The notes under the pieces were generated by a model, which was not told where the DNA came from, made no database searches, and saw nothing but the letters and a program-made list of their open reading frames with translations. Of a stretch of 64,000 bases of DNA, positions 24,725-37,089 are shown in pieces. Location: the NCBI RefSeq assembly GCF_006345805.1, contig NC_043010.1:36580001-36644000 (forward strand), given 5' to 3'. Origin of the DNA: Octopus sinensis. Lineage: Eukaryota. The translations under genes and the position numbers were made by a program. Every line of letters begins with the position of its first letter. Within the stretch, counting starts at the first letter, position 1.

Positions 24725-25312
24725 ATTGATGGTTTCATATTTTGGCACAAGGCCAGCAATTTCGGAGGAGGGGTTAAGTCGTTTACATCGACCCCCAGTA
24801 CTCAACTGGTACTTATTCTATCGCCCCCGAAAGGATGAAAGGCAAAGTCGACGTCGGCGGAATTTGAACTCAGAACGTAGTGGCAGACGAAATACCTATT
24901 TCTTTACTATCCACAAGGGGCTAAACACAGAGGGGACAAACAAGGACAGACAAACGGATTAAGTCGATTATATCGACCCCAGTGCGTAATTGGTACTTAT
25001 TTAATCGACCCCGAAAGGATGAAAGGCAAAGTTGACCTCAGCGGAATTTGAACTCAGAGCGTAACGGCAGACGAAATACCTATTTCTTTACTACCCACAA
25101 GGGGCTAAACACAGAGAGGACATACAAGGACTGACAAACGGATTAAGTTGATTATATCGGCTCCAGTGCGTAACTGGTACTTAATTTATCGACCCCGAAA
25201 GGATGAAAGGCATAGTCGACCTCGGCGAATTTGAACTCAGAACGTAACGGCAGACGAAATATTGCTAAGCATTTCGCCCGGCGTGCTAACGATTCTGCCA
25301 GCTCGCCGCCCT
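24725..25312 (-). mobile_element. Tandem array of SINE family B units (184 bp period)
   Basis: Same junction at ~24895 and ~25079; intact head at ~25260-25312. Confidence 0.9.
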
Positions 25313-25528
25313 CTGCCCACCAAATAATAATAATTATCATTTCAAATTGTTGCACAGATAATTCTGATAATGATGCTGTTAAAATTGCCATATTTGTGTG
25401 GCTAGCAATGTTTTTATTGTTGTGGTTATTGCGTGTTTTAGGAGGAGCCACCACTTTCCATTAACCAATCTTATAAGGATATTTATGGCGTCGATACACT
25501 TGTATGTGTATGTATATATATGCGGGTG

Positions 25529-25565
<37 letters not shown>

Positions 25566-25773
25566 GGAGAAAGAGAGAGAGAGAAGGAGAGACCGACCCG
25601 TATCTCCTTTTGCCATTTTCCTAAGGCAAGCGAAAGACGTACACTGCTTTTAACGGCAGTTAGCTCGCTGAGGTGACGAACAAACTTAACTATTTCCCAA
25701 CAAGTAACACTTCTCCACACGAAACACAAAATGTGAAAGAAAGCGGGAGGTAGAGATAGATAGATAGAGAGAG

Positions 25774-25805
<32 letters not shown>

Positions 25806-26196
25806 AGGGAGAGGGAGAGAGGGAGACAGACAGACAGACAAGCAGACACAAGGCAAAAAGACTGTCGCTCGTTTGGAAGACAAGTTTATATTTAAGTAAC
25901 TAACACATGGCCGTCTGAAAGATCTTTAATACGGAAACCATAACTTCCACCAGTCGTCTTCCAGTGTCTTCAATAAATGTAAGATTGAAGCAGTACAGTT
26001 CCTGATATATGAAACGATTGGACTGTCACGACTGGAAACACAGATTACACATACCCTTAAGTAAGATAGATGTACGAAGAAAAACATAATACTGTAACTT
26101 TGCTTATTTATAAGTAGCAACAAAATTTGTTATAAATCACACCATATTATCTTGCATAGAAAAGGATACACTTGAAAATGTAGACTTTTAAATATA

Positions 26197-26261
26197 TACG
26201 AGTGTGCTGCCATCTGTTGGCGCACTACAGAACTAGTCCAAGAACATTTTGACACCACCTC
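26197..26261 (-). mobile_element. ~65 bp mariner terminal remnant
   Basis: gtgtgctgccatctgttggcgcactacagaact matches the 5' end of the mariner at 57296-57342; begins with TACGAG. Confidence 0.6.
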
Positions 26262-26460
26262 CAAGGGATGAACCTAAGTGAGAAGGGCTGAGGGGCACGT
26301 GTCTCGCTCAAGAAAAGAAATACTCGTGACCATGCTGGCACCCAAAACAATGAGAAAGCGTGACATATATATATAGAAAAGAAATGCGCCCTTCTAAATA
26401 ATGTTGTTACGCCCATCTCTCCTGGAATTGTATTTCCTTCTGACCTTGTGCACTCTCTTT

Positions 26461-26993
26461 GAAAACTTCTTGGGACCACGCCTGACCACGAAATCGGGGA
26501 CGAGTGTTCTGCATCCATTTGAAAAATTCCTGGGACCGCGTCTGACCTCGAAACTGGGGACGACGGTTCTGCATCCATTTGAAAAATTCTTGGGACCACG
26601 TCTGACCTCTAAAGCGGGGAAAACGGTTCTGCATCGATTTGAAAAATTCCTGGAGCTGCGTCTAACGTCGAACCCAGGGACGACGGTTCTGCATCCATTT
26701 GAAAAATTCCTGGGACCGCGTCTGACCTCGAAACTGGGGACGACGGTTCTGCATCCATTTGAAAAATTCCTGGGACCGCGTCTGACCTCGAAACCAGGGA
26801 CGACGGTTCTGCATCCATTTGAAAAATTCCTGAGACCGCGTCTGACCTCGAAACCGGGGACGACGGTTCTGCATCCATTTGAAAAATTCCTGGGACCACG
26901 TCTGACCTCGAAACCGGGGACGACGGTTCTGCATCCATTTGAAAAATTCCTGGGACCGCGTCTGACCTCGAAACCGGGGACGACGGTTCTGCA
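26461..26993. repeat. Minisatellite, 9 x 60 bp, no indels
   Basis: Consensus gaaaaattcctgggaccgcgtctgacctcgaaaccggggacgacggttctgcatccattt; exact 60-bp period. Confidence 0.97.
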
Positions 26994-27328
26994 ATAACTC
27001 GGAGAGCAAACTTCTTTGATAATTTGTTTATAAGTGAGCAAACGTTTGATTTGTACTTTAGCACTTTAGCACATTCCCCCGCCACCACCAAATCGACATT
27101 GCCTGTGCAGGTGCACGGGGTGTGCCTCATACTCAAGTATCAAAATGATCGTGGAAATGAAGTGTAAATGTGTTCCAGCCTAATCTTGATGCAACATCAT
27201 TTCTCGGTTGGTGTCACATCCTTGATGTCACACCGACTGAAGTGTGAGTGGATCAAGAGGCCATCTATGCCTACGCGTGACTACGCTGGCACCTGAAACA
27301 ACGGGAGAAAGCCTGACACACACTACAA

Positions 27329-27375
<47 letters not shown>

Positions 27376-27588
27376 ACACGCTCAGACGCACGCACATATA
27401 TACATAGACACACATACGCACACACACACGCCTACTCGTGACTACGTTGGCGTCTAAAACAATGACAGACAGTGTGATATAGACTACCAGTATATGTATA
27501 TTCATATATGTGTGTGTGTGTGTATGTGTGTGTGTGTCTGTGTGTACAGATAGATACGTACACACACACACACACACAAACACACACA

Positions 27589-27646
<58 letters not shown>

Positions 27647-27840
27647 AAGCCACTGAGTTCGGGCTGGGTGCGGAGAAAGTCAATAATGTGTACTTCAGTG
27701 CTCAAGTAGTACTAATACTATTTGGCGAGCTGCTAAGTTACGGGGACGTTGACACACCTACGTCGATTGTGAAGCGATGGTACGGGTGGGGACAAACAGA
27801 CTCAGGGACACATGCAGAAATACATACACACACACACATG

Positions 27841-28630
<790 letters not shown>

Positions 28631-28999
28631 GCAACACGAAAAATAAATAAAAGAAAGTCTTGTGGTATATAGTTACCGTCCCTTCCGTTCTAAGTTCAAA
28701 TTAATGTCGAGGACGATTTTAAATTTCGATTTTCTGTAATCCATAAAATTATGTAGCAAAGCAAACAACAAGTTATATTGATTAAATTGATGACATCACC
28801 CCCACCAACCTTTCCACCACCACCACCATCACCATAATTGTGTGGTAGTGTTGAGCTAAAATTAGAAATTTGTAATAACATGGTATTTCCAAAATATGAG
28901 CGCGCGCTCGCACACACACACTCACACACACACACATACACTGACACTCCGTCGGTTACGACGACGAGTGTTCCAGTTGATCCGATCATATATATATAT

Positions 29000-29037
<38 letters not shown>

Positions 29038-29254
29038 TAAAATGAGATAGGGGTTGAAAATTCAACCCACCATGGATAACATATATCCAATATACTGCTA
29101 GATAGGTACCACCCACAAGGCTAATACATAGATGTTAAAAATTGCCAAACAATCAGTTCATCTATTGTATTATATGGGCAAAGGTAATAATATTACCGTA
29201 AATTAATACTACAAAATTAGAAAATGAAGAAACCTAAAAATTATAAATTTTCTG

Positions 29255-29390
29255 GGCGTGGCTATGTGGTAGGAAGCTCGCTACCCAACCACATAGTTTC
29301 GGGTTCAGTCTCACTCCGTGACGCCATCAGGCCGATGAAATTCTTGTGAGTGGATTTAGTAGACCAAAACTGTTAGAACCCCGTCGGACA
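29255..29390 (+). mobile_element. SINE family A, 5' half
   Basis: ggcgtggctatgtggtaggaagctcg..gtgagtggatttagtagac. Confidence 0.75.
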
Positions 29391-29442
29391 TATATCTGTA
29401 TATATATTTGTATGTATGTATGTATGTATGTATGTATGTATG

Positions 29443-29473
<31 letters not shown>

Positions 29474-29491
29474 GTATGTTATGTAAGTATG

Positions 29492-29796
29492 TAGTCATAA
29501 AGCGAGACAGATGAGCGACAACCTGGCCACTGGTGGTGTAACACACCATACTAATCATATCTGTCGGGCATGTGGAAGAGAGTGTAATTCGGCAGGAGGA
29601 CTTAAACGACATGCAAAGGTACATGAAGCCCAGTTACAACTACAGCCGGCTATTACCGGTAAAGGTATTAGTAGCCAATTCTGTACAAGACATTGTAGAT
29701 CTTTAGCTGAGCTAAAAAGTCACATTCGATCACAGCACCAGTAACAGTTAAGCTTCGTGCAATGGCCATACTCGATAACGAGGGGGCAGCCATACG
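29492..29796 (+). mobile_element. 5'-truncated LINE 3' end (RTE-like) encoding two C2H2-type fingers, with a 12-bp TSD
   Basis: CRACGRECNSAGGLKRHAKVH and SQFCTRHCRSLAELKSHIRSQH*; short 3' UTR; tatgtaagtatg repeated at 29480-29491 and 29797-29808. Confidence 0.7.
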
Positions 29797-29961
29797 TATG
29801 TAAGTATGCATGTATGTATGTATGTATGTATGTATGTATGTATGTTTGTATGTATGTATGTATGTATGTATGTATGTATGTATGTATGTATGTGTGTGTG
29901 TATGTATGTATGTATGTATGTATGTATGTATGTATGTATGTATGTATGTATGTATGTATGT

Positions 29962-30150
29962 ATACTCTTTTACCTGTTTCAGTCATGTTACTACGGCCAT
30001 GCTGTCGAGAAAATTGACCCCGGAGCTTATTCTTTGTAAGCCCAGTACTTATTCTATCGGTCTCTTTTGCCGAACCGCTAGGTTACGAGGACGTAAACAC
30101 ACAAGCATCGGTTGTCGTCAAGCCATGCCGGGGGGACAAACAGACACATG
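29962..30150 (-). mobile_element. SINE family A, 3' half
   Basis: Family A tail and body, reversed. Confidence 0.8.
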
Positions 30151-30152
30151 AA

Positions 30153-30189
<37 letters not shown>

Positions 30190-30197
<8 letters not shown>

Positions 30198-30520
30198 CAA
30201 AATTGGACAAGAACGCAAAATATCCGGACAACTACATGATACAAAAAGGGACAATAAAGCATCCAGATAGACGATACAGAAAGACAAGTACTGGTCATTC
30301 GAAGCTTTCTATCCTCAGTCAAGAACTAGATCATCCTCACAATTTCGGCTGATTAATCTTGAGATTGCTCCAATCTGGGTAGCCCCAAGGAAAAACTAAG
30401 CTAAGAGCTTTAGATTCTTTGGAAGAAAGCATGTAATGTATACGAAAGCAAGACGGAAAACGAGACATATTACACAATATAAATACAAAATACAATAATA
30501 ATAATAATGATAATAATAAT
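30190..30520. mobile_element. Unclassified interspersed repeat, copy 1, followed by (AAT)n
   Basis: Closely matches 53625-53960 (ggctgattaatcttgagattgctccaatctgg..ccccaaggaaaaactaagctaagagc). Confidence 0.75.
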
Positions 30521-31396
30521 AATGATAATAATAAATAATAAATAATAATAATAATAATATAAAATAATAATATAAATAATAATATAATAATAATATAATA
30601 ATAACTAATAAAATAATAATAATAATAACAGGACCTAACAACAGGACATTACATTATATATATATGTGTACGATGTTGTATTATGTATGTATGTATGTAT
30701 GTATGTATGTATGTATGTATGTATGTATGTATACACATGTATGTATGTGTGTTTTGGTGCCTGTCTCCCTACCACTGGTGACAAGTGTTGAAAACGGTCC
30801 GTAACTTAGCGTTTTGTCAAAAGGAACCGATAAAAGAAGTATAAATAAATAAATAAGTACAGGAGTTAATTCGCTCGACTATATTTTTTCATGCCGTGCC
30901 CCAGCATGGCCGCAGACTAATGACTATAACATGCAAAATGTAAAGGACATAGGAAAAAGTTGCCAGCCAAGCTTGGTTTTTTTTTTTTTTTTTTTTTTTT
31001 GAAAGTAAATACTCTCAAATAATAAATTAAATATTCGGTTTTGATAATAAAAAATATTAGTTTTTTTTTTCTTTATAGAGAGATATAGAAACATAATACA
31101 ATGGCTGTAGTAGAATGCAATTTTCTTACAGGAGTTTAAAGTTGTATTAAGACGTCTGTTGAAGTTATGCGTGTGAGAAGGAAATGCGATGACACATGCA
31201 AATGTTATGCACGAGTCAAGTTGTGACGTCATTTATTTATTTATTTATTTATTTATTTATATACTTTCACTATTTGAACTGATATCTGTGCAACGAGGAA
31301 ACTCTTTAGAAAAAAAAAAAAACTATAATAATTAAAATATAAAAGGAAAGAAATTAATAATGACCGAAAAATAAACAACTTTGTAACATAATAGTA

Positions 31397-31456
<60 letters not shown>

Positions 31457-31489
31457 CAATAATAATAATAATGATGATGATGATGATGA

Positions 31490-32280
31490 TTACATTTATT
31501 TGCCACAAGGGAGAAGGATGAGGAGCACAATACAAAAGCAGACATAATATAAAAGAATGCTAACATATAAAAGAACATATAAAACATATAAAAGGGTTAA
31601 CATATAAAAGAATGCTAAAATAAAAAGTATATACGGTATACACTGAAGAAAAAAAGGACATATACATAGCATAGAAAAGTTTAAAAAGGGGAGGATGATA
31701 GAGATGTGGCCCTCCTGATACAGGAAGGCCTTTAGGGATACTCAAGGAACCCCACTGTTTGAGATTTCTCTGAAACCCTAGGGGCAAGTGCTCGTTCCAG
31801 TTCCATCTCTCCGGCTCACATGTCTACATTTAGACGGGTACCAACCACCCTTGACCAGAAATGGCTTGAACTCTTTGCATGAACACCACCCTGTACATAA
31901 CTCCATGTCCCCCCACATGACCTTGCTTTTTGCTTTTTGAGCCAAAAAATTAACTTAACTTAACTTAACTCTTGCCATTTTCGCAACTTTCACCCACCTT
32001 TCAAAAAATCTCACTCGAGGACAGCACTTTCCTCTCCACTCTCAATTTCCTTTTTCAAGTGAAACTTGAAGAAGTCAATGAGAACTCCACGAAAAAGGAA
32101 TGTCTCTGTCTTCATACCTTTCAGCCTTGTTCACCAAACAACATCTTTCGCCACAGCCACCAGACAAAGGAAAACTACTTTGCCTGCCCGATTAAAGGAG
32201 GGCAACATTGCGAAGATCATTACTGACTCGGCCGACAGAGATGTCCCATACGTGACAGCAGCTGTTCGACATAACACAGC
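31490..32280 (-). mobile_element. LINE ORF2 C-terminus + 3' UTR, same family as 1-400
   Basis: ..FNRAGKVVFLCLVAVAKDVVW*TRLKGMKTETFLFRGVLIDFFKFHLKK; abuts an (AAT)n/(GAT)n tract at 31400-31490. Confidence 0.65.
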
Positions 32281-32292
32281 CACTCTTACAAT

Positions 32293-32455
32293 AGGCGTAG
32301 GAGTGGATGTGTGTTAAGAAGCTTGCTTACCAGCCACATGGTTCCGGGTTCAGTCCCACTGCGTGACACCTTGGGCAAGTGTCTTCTACTATAGCCAACC
32401 AAAGCTTTGTGAGTGGATTTGGTAGACGGAAACTGAAAGAAACCTGCCGTATATA

Positions 32456-32535
<80 letters not shown>

Positions 32536-32684
32536 TAGGGAGTAAATCCCAACTTACAGGGAAAAATTTAGATTTAGGATTAAATCTAATTTTATAGTAT
32601 ATATATATATATTAAATTAGAGATTTGCCTAATAGTGGTTATATCTCTAATTTAACACACACACACACACACACACACACCACA

Positions 32685-32745
<61 letters not shown>

Positions 32746-32970
32746 GTGTGTGTGTGTGCATATGTCTATGTATCTGTGTTTGGCCCCACCCCAACATTGC
32801 TTGACAACCGATGCTGGTGTGTTTACGTCCCCCGTAACTTAGCGGTTCCGCAAAAGAAACAGATAGAATAAGTACTATGCTTATAAAGAATAAGTCCCGG
32901 GGTCGATTTACTCGACTAAAGGTGGTGCTCCAGCATGACCACAGTCAAATGACTGAAACAAGTAAAAGAG
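32293..32970 (+). mobile_element. SINE family A with an expanded internal microsatellite containing a nested AT-rich module
   Basis: Head at 32293, tail aaacaagtaaaagag at 32970; 32536-32652 is a reversed copy of 14330-14430. Confidence 0.9.
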
Positions 32971-33007
<37 letters not shown>

Positions 33008-33008
33008 G

Positions 33009-33045
<37 letters not shown>

Positions 33046-33662
33046 ATATCTATCGATTCTCCCGCTGTCTATCTGTCCGTCTCTCTAACATGCTCTCTCT
33101 CTCACTCTCTCTCAGCAAATAGCTGTAATGTTACTGTTACTATTCTACTGTTGAAAGGACGGGTAGAAAGAAAAAGAGAAGTAAATGTGTTAAGCAAGAG
33201 GCGCTTTAGTTGAAGTGAGTGTCAGAGCGAGAGCGAGAGAAGGAAGAGAGAGAGAGAGAGAAGAGAGATAGAGATAGAGGGAGAGGAGAGAGAAGGAACA
33301 TAGAGAGAGAGAGAGGAACAGAGATAGAGAGATAGAGAAGGAACAGAGAGAGAGAGAGAGAGAGTGAGAGAGAGGGAAAGGTGATTGACAGGCATGTTGG
33401 TTCATTTTGTGTTTTATAAAAGGTTTATCAGTACTTTCAGAGTAGACATATACATAACCAAACGTAAATATTGCATGTTTACTTGTACTTTCTAAGAAAT
33501 ATACTTTTTCTAAATACTCGGTCGTCATCCAATATTTGACATTACTTTTCCTTTTCTCCGCTATAATTCGATGTTACTCTTATAGATGCTTATATTTTTT
33601 GGATTTCGTAGAATTTCCCAAGGTCCTGCTTATACATATTATTCCAAGTTTTATTATATGTA

Positions 33663-33880
33663 GTGAAGCGCATTGCTCAGTGGTTATAAGCGTCGAACTT
33701 ACAGTCGTGAGGTCGTAAGTTCGATGGCCGGATCCGGGCTGCGTGTTGTGTTCTTGAGCAAGACACTTTATTTTCACGTTGCTCCAGTTGACTCAGCTGT
33801 AGAAATGAGTTGCGACATCACTGGTGCCAGCTGTATCGGCCCCTTTGCTTTTCCCTTGGAAACATCAGTGGTGTGGAGAG
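33663..33880 (+). mobile_element. SINE family D-like
   Basis: gaagcgcattgctcagtggtt..gttcttgagcaagacactttattttcacgttgctccag; similar to 51885-52205. Confidence 0.8.
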
Positions 33881-33967
33881 GGGAGGGCGGGTATATTGTG
33901 GCTACTTCTGGTCTCCCATAAATAAACATTTCCCGATTTTTGTGCCTCGGAATGTAGTTTTCTAGGT

Positions 33968-34067
33968 NNNNNNNNNNNNNNNNNNNNNNNNNNNNNNNNN
34001 NNNNNNNNNNNNNNNNNNNNNNNNNNNNNNNNNNNNNNNNNNNNNNNNNNNNNNNNNNNNNNNNNNN
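33968..34067. other. Assembly gap (100 N)
   Basis: Run of exactly 100 N; the true size is unknown. Confidence 0.99.
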
Positions 34068-34213
34068 GCAGTGTAGGGGTGGGGTGGGGTTGGGTGGATA
34101 CAGAGTGGGGGTGGGGTCTGCTTTTTAAAAATCTTAAAATGAAAACAATAACAATAACAAAAAGAAAAAAAAAATTAGGTTGAGTGCATAGTTTGTTTGG
34201 CTGCTCGTCGCAC

Positions 34214-34340
34214 GGTGGTGGTGGTCGCGGTGGCGGTGGTGGTGGTCGCGGTGGCGGTGGTGGTGGTCGCGGTGGCGGTGGTGGTGGTCGCGGTGGCGGT
34301 GGTGGTGGTCGCGGTGGCGGTGGTGGTGGTCGCGGTGGCG
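34214..34340 (+). repeat. 6 x 21 bp tandem repeat (ggtggtggtggtcgcggtggc)
   Basis: Direct reading; followed by a degenerate GGT tract to ~34900. Confidence 0.95.
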
Positions 34341-34907
34341 GTGGTGTTGGCGGTAGCATGAGTAGTTGTTATTGTTGATGTTTGAAGTGGTGGTTGTGTT
34401 AGTAGTAGACGTTGTGGTTGTGGTGGTTGCGGTAGTGGTGGTGGTGGAGGTGGTGGTGGTGGTCGCGGTGGTGGCAGTAGCTGTGGTGGCAGTGTGTTAG
34501 TTGTTTTCGTACCGGTGGTTGTGGTGGTGGTGGTGGTAGTGATAGTGGTGGCGGTCGTAAAGGTGGTCGTGACTGTTAATGGTGGTGTGGGTGTTATTGT
34601 TATTGTTGCGGTTGTCGATGGTGGTGGTCCTGTTGATTGTCGTCATGATGATAGTGGAGGTGGTGGCGGCGGTGGTACTGGTGCTATTGATAACGAAGGT
34701 AGTTTTAGCGGTGGTCGTGGTGACAGTGTTGGAATTGCTACTGTTTGTTGTGGTAGTGGTGTTGGTGGTAGTGGTACGGACCCTGGTGAAATTGGTATAA
34801 GATACTGTTGTTAATGATTATGATGATGATGATTATGATGATGATGAGGAGGAGGAGGAGGAGGAGGAGAAGGAGGAGGAGGAGGATAGTGGTGGTGGTG
34901 GTGGTGA

Positions 34908-34943
<36 letters not shown>

Positions 34944-34969
34944 TAATTATAGTATTAATAATGGTTTCA

Positions 34970-35365
34970 AATTTTGTCACAAGGGCTATAATTTTGGCCT
35001 GGAAGGGGCCAGTCGATTACATCGACCCTAGTGCATAACTGGTACGTATTTTATCGAGTCCGAAAGGATGAAAAGGAAAGTTGACATGGGTGGAATTGGA
35101 ATTTGAACTCAGAACGTAACGGCAGACGAAATACCTATTTCTTTACTACCCACAAGGGGCTAAACACAGAGAGGACAAACGATGACAGACAAACGGATTA
35201 AGTCGATTATATCGACCGACCAAGTGCGTAACTGGCACTTAATTTATCGACCCCGAACGGACGAAAGGCAAAGTCGACCTCGGCGGAATTTGAACTCAGA
35301 ACGTAGCGACAGACGAAATACTCCTATGCATTTCGTCCACCGTGCTAACGATTCTGCCAGCTCGT
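34970..35365 (-). mobile_element. Two joined SINE family B units
   Basis: Junction cagacgaaatacctatttcttt at ~35134. Confidence 0.88.
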
Positions 35366-35384
35366 CACCACCACCACCACCACC

Positions 35385-35417
<33 letters not shown>

Positions 35418-35419
35418 GG

Positions 35420-35830
35420 AAAGAGGGTGGTGGTGGGGGTGGTAATGGTGGCGGTGATTGTGGTGGTGAAAGTGACGACGGGGGGGGGGGCAGAGGCTGT
35501 GGTGGAGGCGGAGGCGATGGTGGTGACAGTCTTGGTGAAATTGGGTTACACAAGGCTGGTGTTGTTGTGGTGGCGTCGGTGGTGGTGGTGCTGGTAAGAA
35601 CCTATGGAGGAAGAGGAAGCAAATATCAGGCGATTGGTCGGCCTGCTTACGTCACAAGGAAGGGCGGGTAGACTGTGCTGATGGTGGCGACGGCGGCGGC
35701 GGAGACGTTGGTAGAGGAGGTGGAGGTGGCGGTGGTGGTGGTGGTGGTGGTGGTGATGGTGGCGGTGGCGGGGGTGGTGGTGGTTGTGGAGATAGCGGCA
35801 GCGGTGTGGTTGTTGTGTTGTCTAGGAGGG
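35420..35830 (+). repeat. Degenerate (GGT/GGC)n tract
   Basis: Direct reading. Confidence 0.9.
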
Positions 35831-35877
35831 GCGGGAGGTAAGATCACGTGGTAAAACCTTGACCTTGGGTAGCTTTG

Positions 35878-35916
<39 letters not shown>

Positions 35917-35943
35917 TATACACATATATTTACATTACATATG

Positions 35944-35978
<35 letters not shown>

Positions 35979-36018
35979 AATATATATATATACACACATA
36001 TATTTACATATACATATG

Positions 36019-36083
<65 letters not shown>

Positions 36084-36325
36084 AAAGACGTACACACACA
36101 CTCACGCATTCAGAAAAGAGCCCGCATGCACATACACACGCAAGCACACACGCACACATACATGTACACATATGTAAACAAACATATAATCTATCTTATC
36201 TCTTAGCTATCTTTTGCTATGTGCGTGCGTTTGTGTGTGTGTATGTGTGTGTATACATTCATATATATATATAGACAATGTGTATACACACATACATACA
36301 CAAACACTCATACATATATATATTC

Positions 36326-36356
<31 letters not shown>

Positions 36357-36380
36357 ATATATATAAATATACAATACAGA

Positions 36381-36417
<37 letters not shown>

Positions 36418-36724
36418 GTGTATGTATGTAAATGCATACATACGCACGCACAACGCCCTTTCAAACACAGACTCTCACTCTCACTCACTCCACTCTCTCA
36501 GTTATAACGACACACACATGCGCACGGGGAAGATTGTCAGCGACTTCGAAGTTTCGACGATAACAACTCCGTCTGACTGTCATTAGCGGCCCCGCCCACA
36601 ACCAGCAACACTTCGAAGTCACTACCAACCTATTCTTTACAGGGTCGCGGCTTAAATTTCTCGAGTGAATCTTTACAGTGCATGGAAACAAAACACACTC
36701 ACGACTATACATAAATATTCTTTT

Positions 36725-36915
36725 ATTCTTATATTTGTTTCGGTCATTTGACTGCGGCCATGCTGGAGCACCGCGTTTACTCAAACAAATCGAGCCCAGG
36801 ACTTAATCATTGTAAGCCTTGTACTTATTCAATCGGTCTCTTTTTTGACGAAGAATTAAGTTACGAGGACGTAAACACACCAACATCCGTGGCGACAAAC
36901 ACAGGCACACAAATA
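36725..36915 (-). mobile_element. SINE family A, 3' half
   Basis: cagtcatttgactgcggccatgctggagcaccgc-type tail, reversed. Confidence 0.8.
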
Positions 36916-36918
36916 TGA

Positions 36919-37080
36919 TACAGGGTGGCCCAAAATTAGGTTGACAGTTATCATGCAATCACTTCAAATTTCTTTTAAAACATTTTATTACATTTAAATT
37001 TCTATCGTGCAATTAACTAAATTAGCATAGAATAATGGCTTCATATTTTTTTATATAATTAAGATCTAAACCGTTAGTCT
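36919..37080. mobile_element. Truncated Tc1/mariner-type MITE
   Basis: TA-CAGGGTGGCCCAAAATTAGG end; the body is the reverse complement of 47037-47610. Confidence 0.7.
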
Positions 37081-37089
37081 TTTCTCTCT

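Noticed and set aside
25926-26123. 65-aa minus-strand ORF ending LEDDWWKLWFPY
   Set aside because: No recognisable domain, no consistent splice sites and no supporting context.
26461-26993. CRISPR-like appearance of the 60-bp array and the SINE B arrays
   Set aside because: The units are contiguous with no unique spacers, there are no cas genes, and the context is eukaryotic.
29511-29744. Host C2H2 zinc-finger gene exon
   Set aside because: No TGEKP-type linker, no splice acceptor, a TSD on both sides and a LINE-like 3' end; better explained as a retrotransposon tail.
30290-30330. Minus-strand CTGAGGA..CGAAT as a hammerhead (also ~53742-53772)
   Set aside because: It has GAAT instead of GAAA, a marginal helix II that differs between the copies, and no helix I partner or NUH site.
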